Below are positions 9,001 through 20,397 of a stretch of DNA of 50,305 nt, piece by piece. Numbering within the stretch: the stretch's first letter is position 1; each line of letters begins with the position of its first letter. A program made the position numbers and the translations under genes. Origin of the DNA: Candidatus Saccharimonadales bacterium (GTDB taxonomy: Bacteria; Patescibacteriota; Saccharimonadia; Saccharimonadales; JAYRRP01); contig JAYRRP010000005.1 of assembly GCA_041910055.1 (NCBI GenBank), positions 1-50,305 on the forward strand. Direction: 5' to 3'. The notes beneath the pieces are model-generated. The model did no database searches, was not told the origin of the DNA, and worked only from the letters and a program-made list of their open reading frames with translations.

Positions 9001-12000
9001 TGATGCCCGTGATTGTAGCTCACCAACGGCGGTTATTCATGATAGTAGTAGTTACAGCTTACCGGTTGAAATGGCGTACAACCAATCAACTTCACTTTTG
9101 AGTGATACCACCGCACCAACTGGGAGTGTAAGCATCAATGGAGGGGCAGCCAGCACGACTTCGCGCAGTACCACTTTGACCATTGCCGCAACTGACGACA
9201 TTGACGATACTTCGACGATGCAGATGCAGGTTAGCAATGACTCCGGCTTTAGTGGTGCAGTTTGGGAAGCCTACGCTACCAGCAAAGCCTGGACACTCAC
9301 AAATGGTACGGGTACTAAGACGGTCTACGTCCGCTTCAAAGATTCAGCTGGCAACACCTCGACCGGTTATTCAGATACTATTACGCTTGATGACTCGGCT
9401 GCTCCAACCGGTAGCATTGATGTAAATTCCGGCGCCTCAACAACCAACACCTCAAGCGTCACGCTCACTCTTAGCGCGACCGATGATATTGATAGTACTG
9501 GTAGTCTGCAGATGATGGTTAGTAACGATAGTGGATTCACCGGTGGTGTTTGGGAAGCCTACGCGACTTCCAAAGCCTGGACTTTGTCAGCTGGCACCGG
9601 TAGCCGGACAGTTTATGCCAAGTTCAAGGACAGCACTGGCAATACCAGCGGTAGCTACAATGATGCCATTACAGTAACCGATACTACCGCCCCGACGGGT
9701 AGCATTAGTGTAAACGCTGGTGCCTCGACGACCAATAATCTAAGTGCGACTTTGACTCTAAGTGCGACCGACGACTTTGACTCCGCCGGCAGCCTGCAGA
9801 TGATGGTTAGCAACGACAGTGGATTCACCGGTGGTGTTTGGGAAGCCTACGCCACCAGCAAAGCTTGGACTCTATCGAGCGGCACAGGAGCTAAAACAGT
9901 CTACGTCAAATACAAAGACAGCACCGGCAATACCAGTGGTAGCTACAGCGATGGCATTACGGTAGCTGATGATACTGCCCCAACTGGTAGCGTGAGCATA
10001 AATGCTGGCGCGTCAACAACCAACACCTCAAGCGTTACACTAACTATCTCTGCCACTGATGACTTTGATAGCGCTGGTTCTATACAAATGCAGGTTAGTA
10101 ATGCTTCGGACTTTTCTGGCGCTTCTTGGGAAGCTTATGCCACTAGCAAAGCCTGGACGCTTTCAAGTGGTACTGGCTCACGAACGGCTTACGTCCGCTT
10201 TAAGGACAGCAGTAGTAATACTAGCTCTGGGTATTCCGATGCCATTACCGTGGCTGACAATACTTCCCCGACCGGTAGTATTTCGATTGACTCAGGTGCT
10301 GCGAGCACAACCTCGCGTTCCGTAACTTTGAATTTAGCCGCTACCGATGACTTCGACTCGGGAGGCTCATTACAAATGATGGTTAGCAATGACTCCGGCT
10401 TTAGTGGTGCAAGTTATGAAGCCTTTAGTGCCACGAAGAGTTGGACATTAACCACTGGCACCGGCACCAAAACGGTTTATGTGAAGTATAAAGATTCAAC
10501 CAGTAATGAATCTGGCTCTTATTCGGATACTATTACGCTTAATGACACTAGCGCCCCAACCGGCAGTGTCAGTATTGATAGTGGCGCGGCCAGTACGACC
10601 ACTTTGTCAGTAACGCTAACTATTGCTGCGACCGATGAAATTGATGCCAGCGGTAGTTTACAAATGATGATTAGCAATGACTCTGGCTTCTCTGGCGCCA
10701 GCTATGAAGCTTACAATACCAGCAAAGCCTGGACACTCAGCAATGGCACCGGTACCAAAACGGTTTATGTGAAATTTAAGGATAGCTCGAGTAATGAATC
10801 ATTAGGCTATTCGGACACCATTACTCTTACAGATAATGCTGCGCCGTCTGGCAGCGTCAGCATCAACGCCGGCGCCTCAACAACCAACACCTCAAGCGTC
10901 ACGCTCACTCTTAGCGCGACCGATGATATCGATACCAGCGGTAGTCTGCAGATGATGGTTAGCAACGACAGTGGATTCACCGGTGGTGTTTGGGAAGCCT
11001 ACGCCACCAGCAAAGCTTGGACTTTGTCAGCTGGCACTGGTAGCCGGACAGTTTACGCCAAGTTTAAGGACGCGAGCGGTAATAGCTCAACTGGTTACAA
11101 TGACAGCATCACAGTTGCCGATAACACTGCTCCCACAGGTAGCATCAGTATTGATAGTGGGACGGTTACCACTAACACCACATCAGTAACTTTAACTATC
11201 TCTGCCACTGATGACTTTGAAAGTGCCGGCACATTACAAATGATGATTAGCAACGACTCCGGCTTCTCAGGCGCCAGCTGGGAAGCCTACGCCACCAGCA
11301 AAGCTTGGACTTTGTCGGCCGGCACCGGCACCAAAACAGTCTACATTAAGTTCAAAGATAGCGTTTCAAATACCTCCGGTGCTTACAATGATACGATCCT
11401 CTACACAACTGATACGACAGCCCCAACTGGCAGCGTGAGCATCAACGCCGGCGCCTCAACCACGAATACTTCCGGTGTGACACTGACCTTGAGTGCAACC
11501 GATGATGTTGACTCATCTGGTAGCTTGCAAATGATGATTAGCAATGACTCTGGCTTCTCTGGCGCCAGCTGGGAAGCTTATGCCACTTCTAAGGCCTGGA
11601 CACTGAGCAGCGGTACAGGCACTAGAACGGTATACGCGAAATTTAGAGACGCTTCATTTAACGCGAGCTCGCCTTACAATGACGCTATCACAGTAGTGGA
11701 TAACACTGCCCCAACTGGCAGCGTCAGCATCAACGCTGGTGCCTCAACCACTACAGATATAAATGTAACGCTAACTATAAACGCTTCGGACAATTTTGAT
11801 AGCGCTGGTTCTATACAAATGCAGGTCAGTGATGCTTCAGACTTTACCGGTGCCTCATGGGAAGCCTACGCCACCAGCAAAGCCTGGACTTTGTCGGACA
11901 GTGCAGGTACAAAAACGATGTACGTGCGTTTTAAAGATAGTGCGAGCAACATTTCATCTGGAGTGAGCGACACGATAGAGTATACCCCGCCTGCTAATAA

Positions 12001-12595
12001 TTCAGATATATCATCAGGTGGCCAATCTTCGTCTTCGTCAGGCGGTTCATCTGCCTCTCACTCAAGCGATGGAGGTGCCTCTAAAGCTCCGAAAGAAAGA
12101 GTAATCTTAAATGATTTCCCTGAGTTTTTTGATACACAAGGTGTGAAGCGTGAAATAAAACCAAACGAGGTGTATTACTTTACCCTTAAGTCAGCTACAA
12201 GCCAAACCGAAGAGCATAGTATCACCGTAAAGGAGATTAAAAACGGCCGTGTGACTATCGTGGTAGCTTCTGAACCACAAACCATTACTTTGGGTGAGGG
12301 TGAAACAAAACAGGTTGATGTGGACAGGAACGGACAAGACGACATTGCCGTCACTGCCCAGTCTATTAGCGGCAATACAGCAGTATTGGTTACCCGTTAC
12401 CTTTCAAACACGACTCCACCGTCGACTCCAAACAATAATTCGTCAAACGATACAGGACAAAAAACAAACTCATCTCAGGACTCTAGTAAAAGCGGATTTA
12501 ACTGGTGGCAGGCAGGCATAGCATTAGTGGTTCTCTTGTTGATTGGTGTAGGCGTAATTATCTTGCGCCGTAGTGTACGTCGTCTCGACGTTTAG
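6029..12595 (+). CDS. 2188-aa cell-surface protein: N-terminal anchor/signal, beta-rich domains, SGNH/SASA-like esterase domain, 10 Ig-like repeats, Ser-rich linker, C-terminal TM anchor
   Basis: It is a single uninterrupted ORF. The N-terminal helix is VVAIFSVASLLGLVTFLI. The C-terminus is WWQAGIALVVLLLIGVGVIILRRSVRR, with no LPXTG motif seen. GTG 6029 is the only plausible in-frame start. Confidence 0.9.
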   Translation: MKQRCSAIRHKAGVYSVVAIFSVASLLGLVTFLIHKASASSLPNLLVGSYQCNASNICTSYDAVGTTIGTGGSAGIIPLPTGFGTPQAVMANQANVSTTGTFTTPFLRIAGMGANKSKGLIDSGSTLSTTSVLSFSTDSFTVGSNLYTNGVRYGFVALRAAGGLTSDDNFAYGTYTGNGLDDRDISINASWAPDLVLIVRDGGGSASPVWRNNSAAHSGDSTAYFNTAANVTGRIKSLDPTGSGGYFRVGTGAEVNSSAASSNYYWIALKNLTGSIYTSSYAGDGTDNRNIVAGDTFTPDYAWTKHTGANQGVNRYSHQTGDLSQTFQGTGTVNIIQALNSTGFQVGSHAYVNTNGSGTQNYGYLNLKSRTTLAATNSTFTQSAYRWMTNNNATTVGAALANQDTAMTAPSQGNPFRLRMLMHVATDTYYQDTTSFKLQVAARGVDNSCDTSFSGETYSDVTQGSGVIRYYNNSTPVDNAALTTNGSDPTHSGHTVVAQSYEESNTFANTVAQIPSGQDGEWDFSLVDNSAANDTTYCFRAVKSDGSLLDTYSVIPELTTAPSGSITISSPSDYQLLQRNGSNQANIAISGTYTGSPTSIEARFNGGSWSTIVASPSSGSYSGTLSSQSAGQGSVEVRFSNATSITTSKSYVGIGDLFVIAGDSNGVGQGTSNQSYSHASLKASLFKNNDSWGELVDPTDSNTGQSGSRASYDTSIGGSFWPLLATKYMADRGIPVGFIAAAKNGSAISGAASSTSWQRKTASPTDTTTLYGDMYTKITAAGGSVKAVLFFEGANDLRIVTPSNYSLYQTYVNTFVNDVMSDFGVKTMHSIVGDCIPAYFADCGPLSDIHYSRQVIYDVWGTNSNIFPGPTLYDINKDSPDGDGIHYRSNSVLQTVADRTWLAIRKQFYDSSTDARGPQLTSAQYNAAKTKVYLKFTDDSLPILPTSSAGGIVVYDNGSPMTISSTTRTANDTMLVNLSGAASGTMTVSICDARDCSSPTAVIHDSSSYSLPVEMAYNQSTSLLSDTTAPTGSVSINGGAASTTSRSTTLTIAATDDIDDTSTMQMQVSNDSGFSGAVWEAYATSKAWTLTNGTGTKTVYVRFKDSAGNTSTGYSDTITLDDSAAPTGSIDVNSGASTTNTSSVTLTLSATDDIDSTGSLQMMVSNDSGFTGGVWEAYATSKAWTLSAGTGSRTVYAKFKDSTGNTSGSYNDAITVTDTTAPTGSISVNAGASTTNNLSATLTLSATDDFDSAGSLQMMVSNDSGFTGGVWEAYATSKAWTLSSGTGAKTVYVKYKDSTGNTSGSYSDGITVADDTAPTGSVSINAGASTTNTSSVTLTISATDDFDSAGSIQMQVSNASDFSGASWEAYATSKAWTLSSGTGSRTAYVRFKDSSSNTSSGYSDAITVADNTSPTGSISIDSGAASTTSRSVTLNLAATDDFDSGGSLQMMVSNDSGFSGASYEAFSATKSWTLTTGTGTKTVYVKYKDSTSNESGSYSDTITLNDTSAPTGSVSIDSGAASTTTLSVTLTIAATDEIDASGSLQMMISNDSGFSGASYEAYNTSKAWTLSNGTGTKTVYVKFKDSSSNESLGYSDTITLTDNAAPSGSVSINAGASTTNTSSVTLTLSATDDIDTSGSLQMMVSNDSGFTGGVWEAYATSKAWTLSAGTGSRTVYAKFKDASGNSSTGYNDSITVADNTAPTGSISIDSGTVTTNTTSVTLTISATDDFESAGTLQMMISNDSGFSGASWEAYATSKAWTLSAGTGTKTVYIKFKDSVSNTSGAYNDTILYTTDTTAPTGSVSINAGASTTNTSGVTLTLSATDDVDSSGSLQMMISNDSGFSGASWEAYATSKAWTLSSGTGTRTVYAKFRDASFNASSPYNDAITVVDNTAPTGSVSINAGASTTTDINVTLTINASDNFDSAGSIQMQVSDASDFTGASWEAYATSKAWTLSDSAGTKTMYVRFKDSASNISSGVSDTIEYTPPANNSDISSGGQSSSSSGGSSASHSSDGGASKAPKERVILNDFPEFFDTQGVKREIKPNEVYYFTLKSATSQTEEHSITVKEIKNGRVTIVVASEPQTITLGEGETKQVDVDRNGQDDIAVTAQSISGNTAVLVTRYLSNTTPPSTPNNNSSNDTGQKTNSSQDSSKSGFNWWQAGIALVVLLLIGVGVIILRRSVRRLDV
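7985..8745 (+). other. SGNH-type / sialate-O-acetylesterase (SASA, DUF303)-like domain inside the giant protein
   Basis: Three motifs appear in the order and spacing I remember for SASA-type esterases (GQSNM..G / W.QGE.D / D..H). They are LFVIAGDSNGVGQG, AVLFFEGANDL and DGDGIHYRSN. Confidence 0.55.
9110..11992 (+). repeat. ten in-frame tandem repeats of 288 nt (96 aa; repeat 8 is 97 aa)
   Basis: Each unit reads (T/A)APTGS(V/I)S(I/V)N.GA.TT....VTLT..ATDD.DS.GSLQMM.SNDSGF.GA.WEAY.TSKAWTL..GTG.KTVY.KFKDS.GN.S..Y.D.I. Unit starts were checked at 9110, 9398, 11417 and 11705. Confidence 0.95.
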
Positions 12596-12640
12596 GTATA
12601 TCTAACCACTAAATTGCTTCTATATTTACAGCTCAACGAG

Positions 12641-12649
12641 TGCTATACT
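12641..12649 (+). promoter_or_regulatory. extended -10 box TGCTATACT upstream of lemA
   Basis: TGnTATACT lies 29 nt upstream of ATG 12678, and the SD gggagg is at 12663-12668. Confidence 0.35.
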
Positions 12650-12677
12650 TTTAAGTATAAAAGGGAGGTAGAAAAGT

Positions 12678-13271
12678 ATGCTGATGATTGTGTTAGTAGT
12701 ACTTGGGGTACTCATACTAGCGGGTATCTTTATGTACAACAGCCTGGTACGGGCAAATGTGCGGGTTGACGAAGCATGGAGTGATATAACCGTGCAACTC
12801 AAACGTCGTTATGACCTCATACCAAATCTAGTAAGCACCGTGAAGGGCTATGCAAAACATGAGAAAGAGGTCTTTGAAAAAGTGACTGCTGCCCGTACAA
12901 GTGCACTGAATGCGCAAGGTGTTGCTGAAACTGCCAAAAGCGAGAATGTCTTCCAGGATACGCTGAAAAGCCTGTTTGCAGTTGCTGAGAACTATCCTGA
13001 TTTAAAGGCAAATCAGAACTTTCAGGAGCTACAAGGTGAGCTAGTTGACACAGAAGATAAGATCCAAGCTTCACGCCGGTTCTACAATGGTTCGGCCCGT
13101 GACCTGAACATCAAAATTCAAACATTCCCGACGAGCATCATCGCATCTATGCTTGGTTTTAAGAAACGAGAATTCTTTGAACTGGATGAGGCGCAAACAG
13201 CAGCTGTCCAAAACCCAGTTGAAGTTGACTTTGACGAGACTGAGGAAAAAGCCGAAAAGCCAGCAAAGTAA
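12678..13271 (+). CDS. lemA: LemA family membrane protein
   Basis: It has an N-terminal TM helix and the motifs YNSLVRANVRVDEAWSDITVQLKRRYDLIPNLV, ENYPDLKANQNF and RRFYN, typical of LemA. The partner htpX follows directly. Confidence 0.9.
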   Translation: MLMIVLVVLGVLILAGIFMYNSLVRANVRVDEAWSDITVQLKRRYDLIPNLVSTVKGYAKHEKEVFEKVTAARTSALNAQGVAETAKSENVFQDTLKSLFAVAENYPDLKANQNFQELQGELVDTEDKIQASRRFYNGSARDLNIKIQTFPTSIIASMLGFKKREFFELDEAQTAAVQNPVEVDFDETEEKAEKPAK

Positions 13272-13286
13272 TTAAGCGAAGCGTCA

Positions 13287-14165
13287 ATGTATAAGGAAAT
13301 CGCTGCCAATAAGCGGAAGACAGTATTGATACTGCTTGTCTTTTTACTGCTTATTGCCGGCTTATCGTGGCTCTTCGCGCAATTTACTGGTAGGCCTAGC
13401 ATCACTTTATACGTGCTGATTGGTGCTCTCGTGTATGCATTAATAAGTTATATTGCGGGAAGCCGTATGGCGCTTGCAATCAATGGTGCGCATCCAATAA
13501 GCAAACGGGATAACCCCAGGCTTTATCGAATAGTGGAAAATCTAGCCATTACGGATGGCTTGCCCATGCCGCAGGTCTATATTATTCAGGATCCAGCCCC
13601 GAATGCCTTTGCAACTGGCCGTGATCCTTCGCACGCTTCAGTTGCAGTCACTTCAGGACTGCTAGATATTATGGAGGATACGGAACTTGAGGGAGTGGTG
13701 GCGCATGAACTAGGGCATGTGAAGAATTATGACATTCGGGTTTCTATGATTGCCTTTGCCTTGGTAGCGGCAATTGGTCTGATTGCGGACATTATGATCA
13801 GGATGAGCTGGTTTGGCGGTGGGGATGACGATGAAGGCGGCAACCAGCTGTTTTTTATCTTAGGAATTATAGCTGCGATTTTAGCTCCTTTTATCGCAAT
13901 GCTTATCCAGCTGGCTATCTCTCGAAAACGTGAATACCTGGCTGATGCCACGGGAGCGCTAACTACTCGTTATCCTGAAGGATTAGCAAAAGCACTCGCG
14001 AAAATAGAAAAAACTGGCAGTACTGTCAGACGACAAAATACCTCCACGGCCCACTTGTTTTTTGCCAATCCACTCAAGAAGGGTGGTTTATCAAATTTAT
14101 TTAGCACCCATCCACCGATTGCGGACAGAATTGCTCGTCTTCAGAAAATGGGCGGACAAGCATAA
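13287..14165 (+). CDS. htpX: M48-family zinc metalloprotease HtpX
   Basis: It carries the HEXXH motif (VAHELGHVKNYD), four TM segments, and the C-terminal STHPPIADRIARL typical of HtpX. Confidence 0.9.
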   Translation: MYKEIAANKRKTVLILLVFLLLIAGLSWLFAQFTGRPSITLYVLIGALVYALISYIAGSRMALAINGAHPISKRDNPRLYRIVENLAITDGLPMPQVYIIQDPAPNAFATGRDPSHASVAVTSGLLDIMEDTELEGVVAHELGHVKNYDIRVSMIAFALVAAIGLIADIMIRMSWFGGGDDDEGGNQLFFILGIIAAILAPFIAMLIQLAISRKREYLADATGALTTRYPEGLAKALAKIEKTGSTVRRQNTSTAHLFFANPLKKGGLSNLFSTHPPIADRIARLQKMGGQA

Positions 14166-14184
14166 AGTTTGGAGGTAATGATTC

Positions 14185-17171
<2,987 letters not shown>

Positions 17172-17198
17172 CAGGACAAATACGCTGGGTAGCGCGTA

Positions 17199-17345
17199 TT
17201 GACTAAACGCGTAAAAAAGTTATGCTATAAGTAGTTCGTGCGCACGCGGCGCGTGAAATAAAAAGTTAAAACAAATACCACTCACCTGCCGCAGGTGGGC
17301 GCGCACGAAGATGCCGTCAAGGTTACACTTGGCGGCTTGTTTATA
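17199..17345 (+). promoter_or_regulatory. promoter-like element plus structured leader ending in a terminator-like hairpin (candidate attenuator/riboswitch)
   Basis: TTGACT (17199-17204) is followed by a 16-nt spacer and TATGCT. A long-range stem pairs ttcgtgcgc (17235-17243) with gcgcacgaa (17301-17309). An inner hairpin is cacctg-ccg-caggtg (17283-17297). A 9-bp hairpin gccgtcaag/cttggcggc (17313-17336) is followed by TTGTTTAT, then the SD aggagg and ATG 17365. Confidence 0.35.
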
Positions 17346-17364
17346 ATAAGAGCAGGAGGAAAGT

Positions 17365-17829
17365 ATGGAAGGGAGTCCACCAGAAATCACGGTCCGTGTC
17401 GGTTTTGAGACGACTATCTCCCCGGAGCGTGTGCCTGATTTATTGCAGTTTTTGGGGAGGATCGCTAACCGTCCCTTGACGATGGAGGCGCAGATAGCCA
17501 ACCAGCAACTCGAGATGTTTGAGGTAGGGGTGCGCGACCAGGCAACAGAGGTGGTTACCCAGGGTGCCTTTCGAGACTACTACATGCACAGTTTCGCGGT
17601 GGAAAAGCCGTCATCATTACCGACACGAGTGTTCCACCAGGTTACTCACGAAGTTGACGATGAAGCACTCGTGCGAGATGAAAAAGGCAACACGATAGGC
17701 GTAAAACGGACGGCGTTTGATGATTTCGTAAACCAACAGCGGAGCGGCAGCGAAATAGCAATCACTGGTAAGCAAAGCCGTGCGTTACTATTTGGTGTAA
17801 GCCAACATCTCCCGCCGGTACCTGAGTAG
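17365..17829 (+). CDS. hypothetical cytoplasmic protein, 154 aa
   Basis: ORF track. It has a strong SD (gcaggaggaaagtATG) but no motif I recognise. Confidence 0.55.
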   Translation: MEGSPPEITVRVGFETTISPERVPDLLQFLGRIANRPLTMEAQIANQQLEMFEVGVRDQATEVVTQGAFRDYYMHSFAVEKPSSLPTRVFHQVTHEVDDEALVRDEKGNTIGVKRTAFDDFVNQQRSGSEIAITGKQSRALLFGVSQHLPPVPE

Positions 17830-17850
17830 TGTATACTGGGGTCGTGTTTA

Positions 17851-17927
17851 GGGGCTATAGCTCAGTTGGCTAGAGCGCTTGTATGGCATACAAGAGGTCA
17901 GGAGTTCGAGTCTCCTTAGCTCCACCA
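17851..17927 (+). tRNA. tRNA-Ala (anticodon GGC), CCA encoded
   Basis: The acceptor GGGGCTA/TAGCTCC contains the G3:U70 Ala identity pair. The anticodon arm is CTTGT-ATGGCAT-ACAAG, the T arm is AGGAG-TTCGAGT-CTCCT, and the 3' end is ACCA. Confidence 0.9.
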
Positions 17928-17935
17928 ATTTTTTG

Positions 17936-20002
17936 TTATTTACAAAACCACCAGATGAACCAGTCACAGCGGCCGTAGTCTGAAGTAGATTGGGCGGACT
18001 CTTTGCCTTCAGTGTTTACCGCAGTCACCGTATAGCTATAGCCAGTAAAGGTTTGCGGGTTCGGATCTGTTGCCTTCATAACGGTCTGGTCGCTATTGTT
18101 GAAAATTGCATTTGAGAGCAGCACCCCATTTCTATACACCCGGTAACTGCTGGCATCGGACGAGCGTTTCCACTGAAGGTTCATTGCAACGGTGGTAACG
18201 AAATTGCGCGAAACTACTTGTACTTCTGTGGGAACAGCAGGGACTGCTACTGGCGGGGGCGGAGGAGGAGGGGTAGTTTGGTTATTCACATTTATCAGTA
18301 CGTTCGCACTGGTAGCAACGTTACCAGACATATCTATTGCGACGGCAGTCAGGGTGTGCTGTCCGTTGCTTGTTTGGGAGGTGTTTAAGCTGGCAGAATA
18401 TGGTGCGGCAACATCACTAGATATGACTTTTCCGTCAAGCTGGAAGGAAACTTTGGCTACGCCCACATTATCGTTGGCATTTGCGGTGATTGATACGTTA
18501 TTACCGCTGACAGTCTTGCCATTTTGTGGAGCGGTGATTGATACGGTGGGTGGGGTGATGTCAGCTGGCGGAGGAGAAGTTTCTGTACTTGATTTGGTGG
18601 AAATTAATTTGGGGAAATTACGCGACAGTGCTTGTTTGAGGATGTTTGCCTTATTTTTTAAGTCAGCATTTGGCTGGCTATCAGCTCTCAGTGCGGCTGC
18701 AATCACCGGTTGATGAACTTCTATATACGAAGCATGCAGCTTAGTGGCATTGTCAATCGCAGCAGCATAACTGTCGGAACTTATTTCTGGTCCACCTCCA
18801 CCAAAATCAGTGGCGCCACCAATCATTTGATAACCTAGCACACCACGATTAACCGTACCATCGGTTGGATTAAAGTTTGCTGATACCCACTGTGTCATAC
18901 CGTCGCTTGGTCCGGGCAGGTTTTGTGAAAGCCCATTATACTGCACGAAGAAACCTCGTTTTGTGCCACTGCCACCATTGGCGTAGCTGCCGTACCGTGT
19001 CCGTGCCGTTTCAAACTGTAGTTTGTTTTCTGGATGGCGGGCAGCATCCAACACTGGCTTGGTGCCAACATTGTCACAGAACATCAATCCGCCGGCCATG
19101 GCCATTGGTTGGTTGGGAAAATTATTAGAAAAAGTACTCAGTAGTGAGAAGCCATTACTAGATTGGTAAGACGGGCTACTGTCTGCACCTGTTACAAATT
19201 CATCGTAGGCTGCAGATACATCATTGATATCCGCTTGACTCAGGTTAAAAGCTTTCTTGTAAGCCGTTACCCAGTTGGTCTTGTCAGCATTAGAACAAGA
19301 TGGGATATAGGGCTCTCCGTGAACTTTCCACGGGCCGGTAACTTGCAAAATTATACTAGGGTTATTTTTGTAGTGTGCACCTAGGGTACCTACAAAATCG
19401 GCCCAATCTTGCTGGTAGGTTGCATCCCAGAAGTAGGGGATAAAGTCAAACCCACTGGCATTTTTATTAAAACTAAAATATTCTGCCGCAGGCCGGTTCC
19501 GATGAGTGGTGAATAGCCAAGCTGGCAAGTCATCGTCAGCACTTGTCGAAGCGACGCCGACCCCACTGCCATCTTGGGTGGTACTTTTACCGACCATGAC
19601 CCGGAGCATCAGTGCTTTACCGTTGGCATCAGGCATCAAGTTGTTATCAATTTTCGAGAAATCGTATTTGCCAGGCGTTGGCTCAAGATCCTTCCAATAC
19701 AATCTGGCGCTAATACCTGCTACCATCGGATCTTTAGTGTCAGACTGGACATCCTTACGGTTGTAGTTCTGGGATACCATTATATAGTAACCCTTAAAGT
19801 CGATTGTGGCAGCCCGGCCTGTATATAAGTAATAAAGACCAATGCCTATAAAAACGACTACTGCAACGAGAGCAACTTTAAGATTGAATTTTGACTTAGA
19901 ACGAAATTTCTGCAAATGAGACACTTTACGCTTACTTGTAGAGCGTTTGGTAGAGGCCATTTCGGGGTTCCTTTTTATTTGTTTTTTTGTTTTTTTGGCC
20001 AC
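17936..20002 (-). CDS. anchored/secreted glycoside-hydrolase-like (TIM-barrel) protein with Ig-like and FN3-like C-terminal domains
   Basis: It has a Lys-rich N-terminus plus a TM helix. RLYWKDLEPTPGKYDF resembles the W..hEP..G.yDF motif of GH42/GH35-type enzymes. An Ig-like segment follows (VSITAPQNGKTVSGNNVSITANANDNVGVAKVSFQLDGK), then a TTPPPPPPPV linker and an FN3-like end (SYRVYRNG...YSYTVTAVNTEGKES). Confidence 0.75.
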   Translation of the reverse strand: MAKKTKKQIKRNPEMASTKRSTSKRKVSHLQKFRSKSKFNLKVALVAVVVFIGIGLYYLYTGRAATIDFKGYYIMVSQNYNRKDVQSDTKDPMVAGISARLYWKDLEPTPGKYDFSKIDNNLMPDANGKALMLRVMVGKSTTQDGSGVGVASTSADDDLPAWLFTTHRNRPAAEYFSFNKNASGFDFIPYFWDATYQQDWADFVGTLGAHYKNNPSIILQVTGPWKVHGEPYIPSCSNADKTNWVTAYKKAFNLSQADINDVSAAYDEFVTGADSSPSYQSSNGFSLLSTFSNNFPNQPMAMAGGLMFCDNVGTKPVLDAARHPENKLQFETARTRYGSYANGGSGTKRGFFVQYNGLSQNLPGPSDGMTQWVSANFNPTDGTVNRGVLGYQMIGGATDFGGGGPEISSDSYAAAIDNATKLHASYIEVHQPVIAAALRADSQPNADLKNKANILKQALSRNFPKLISTKSSTETSPPPADITPPTVSITAPQNGKTVSGNNVSITANANDNVGVAKVSFQLDGKVISSDVAAPYSASLNTSQTSNGQHTLTAVAIDMSGNVATSANVLINVNNQTTPPPPPPPVAVPAVPTEVQVVSRNFVTTVAMNLQWKRSSDASSYRVYRNGVLLSNAIFNNSDQTVMKATDPNPQTFTGYSYTVTAVNTEGKESAQSTSDYGRCDWFIWWFCK

Positions 20003-20098
20003 AAGACACTGACCTTTTTATAATTGATTATCTCTAAGAGTAGATGAGCTTAATAGTTTTGTCAACCAGAAGGATCGCATACGGTATACTGCTCTACT

Positions 20099-20347
20099 AT
20101 GGTGTCACTCATTTCAGTATCATTCCTAGCTGATTATTCTGACTCATATTATGGGCAGGATGCCTATGGACTCAACGGAGCCAATACGGGCACTGTCAGT
20201 TCATCTCACTCAAGACTGGGGCTCATTATCATTTCTGTCTTTCTTATACTAGCGTCGGGGGCAATAATATATCGGCTAGTCAAACGTCGTCACAACAAAC
20301 GGTATCAAGCTGCTACAGATACTATTGTCTCCCCAGAAGGGCGTTGA
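20099..20347 (+). CDS. 82-aa single-TM protein with an SDSYYGQDAYGLNG N-terminal segment
   Basis: ORF track. The TM helix is LGLIIISVFLILASGAIIY, followed by a basic tail. A TATACT box (20085-20090) lies 8 nt upstream of the ATG and there is no SD. Confidence 0.4.
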   Translation: MVSLISVSFLADYSDSYYGQDAYGLNGANTGTVSSSHSRLGLIIISVFLILASGAIIYRLVKRRHNKRYQAATDTIVSPEGR

Positions 20348-20397
20348 CGGTCAGATTACAGAGATGCTACGATAACCGCAAGCATAAAGGTGAAGGC

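Noticed and set aside
9110-11992. Regular 288-nt periodicity considered as a possible CRISPR or other non-coding array
   Set aside because: The units are contiguous with no unique spacers. They are in frame within one long ORF and encode a conserved 96-aa domain. No cas genes are present.
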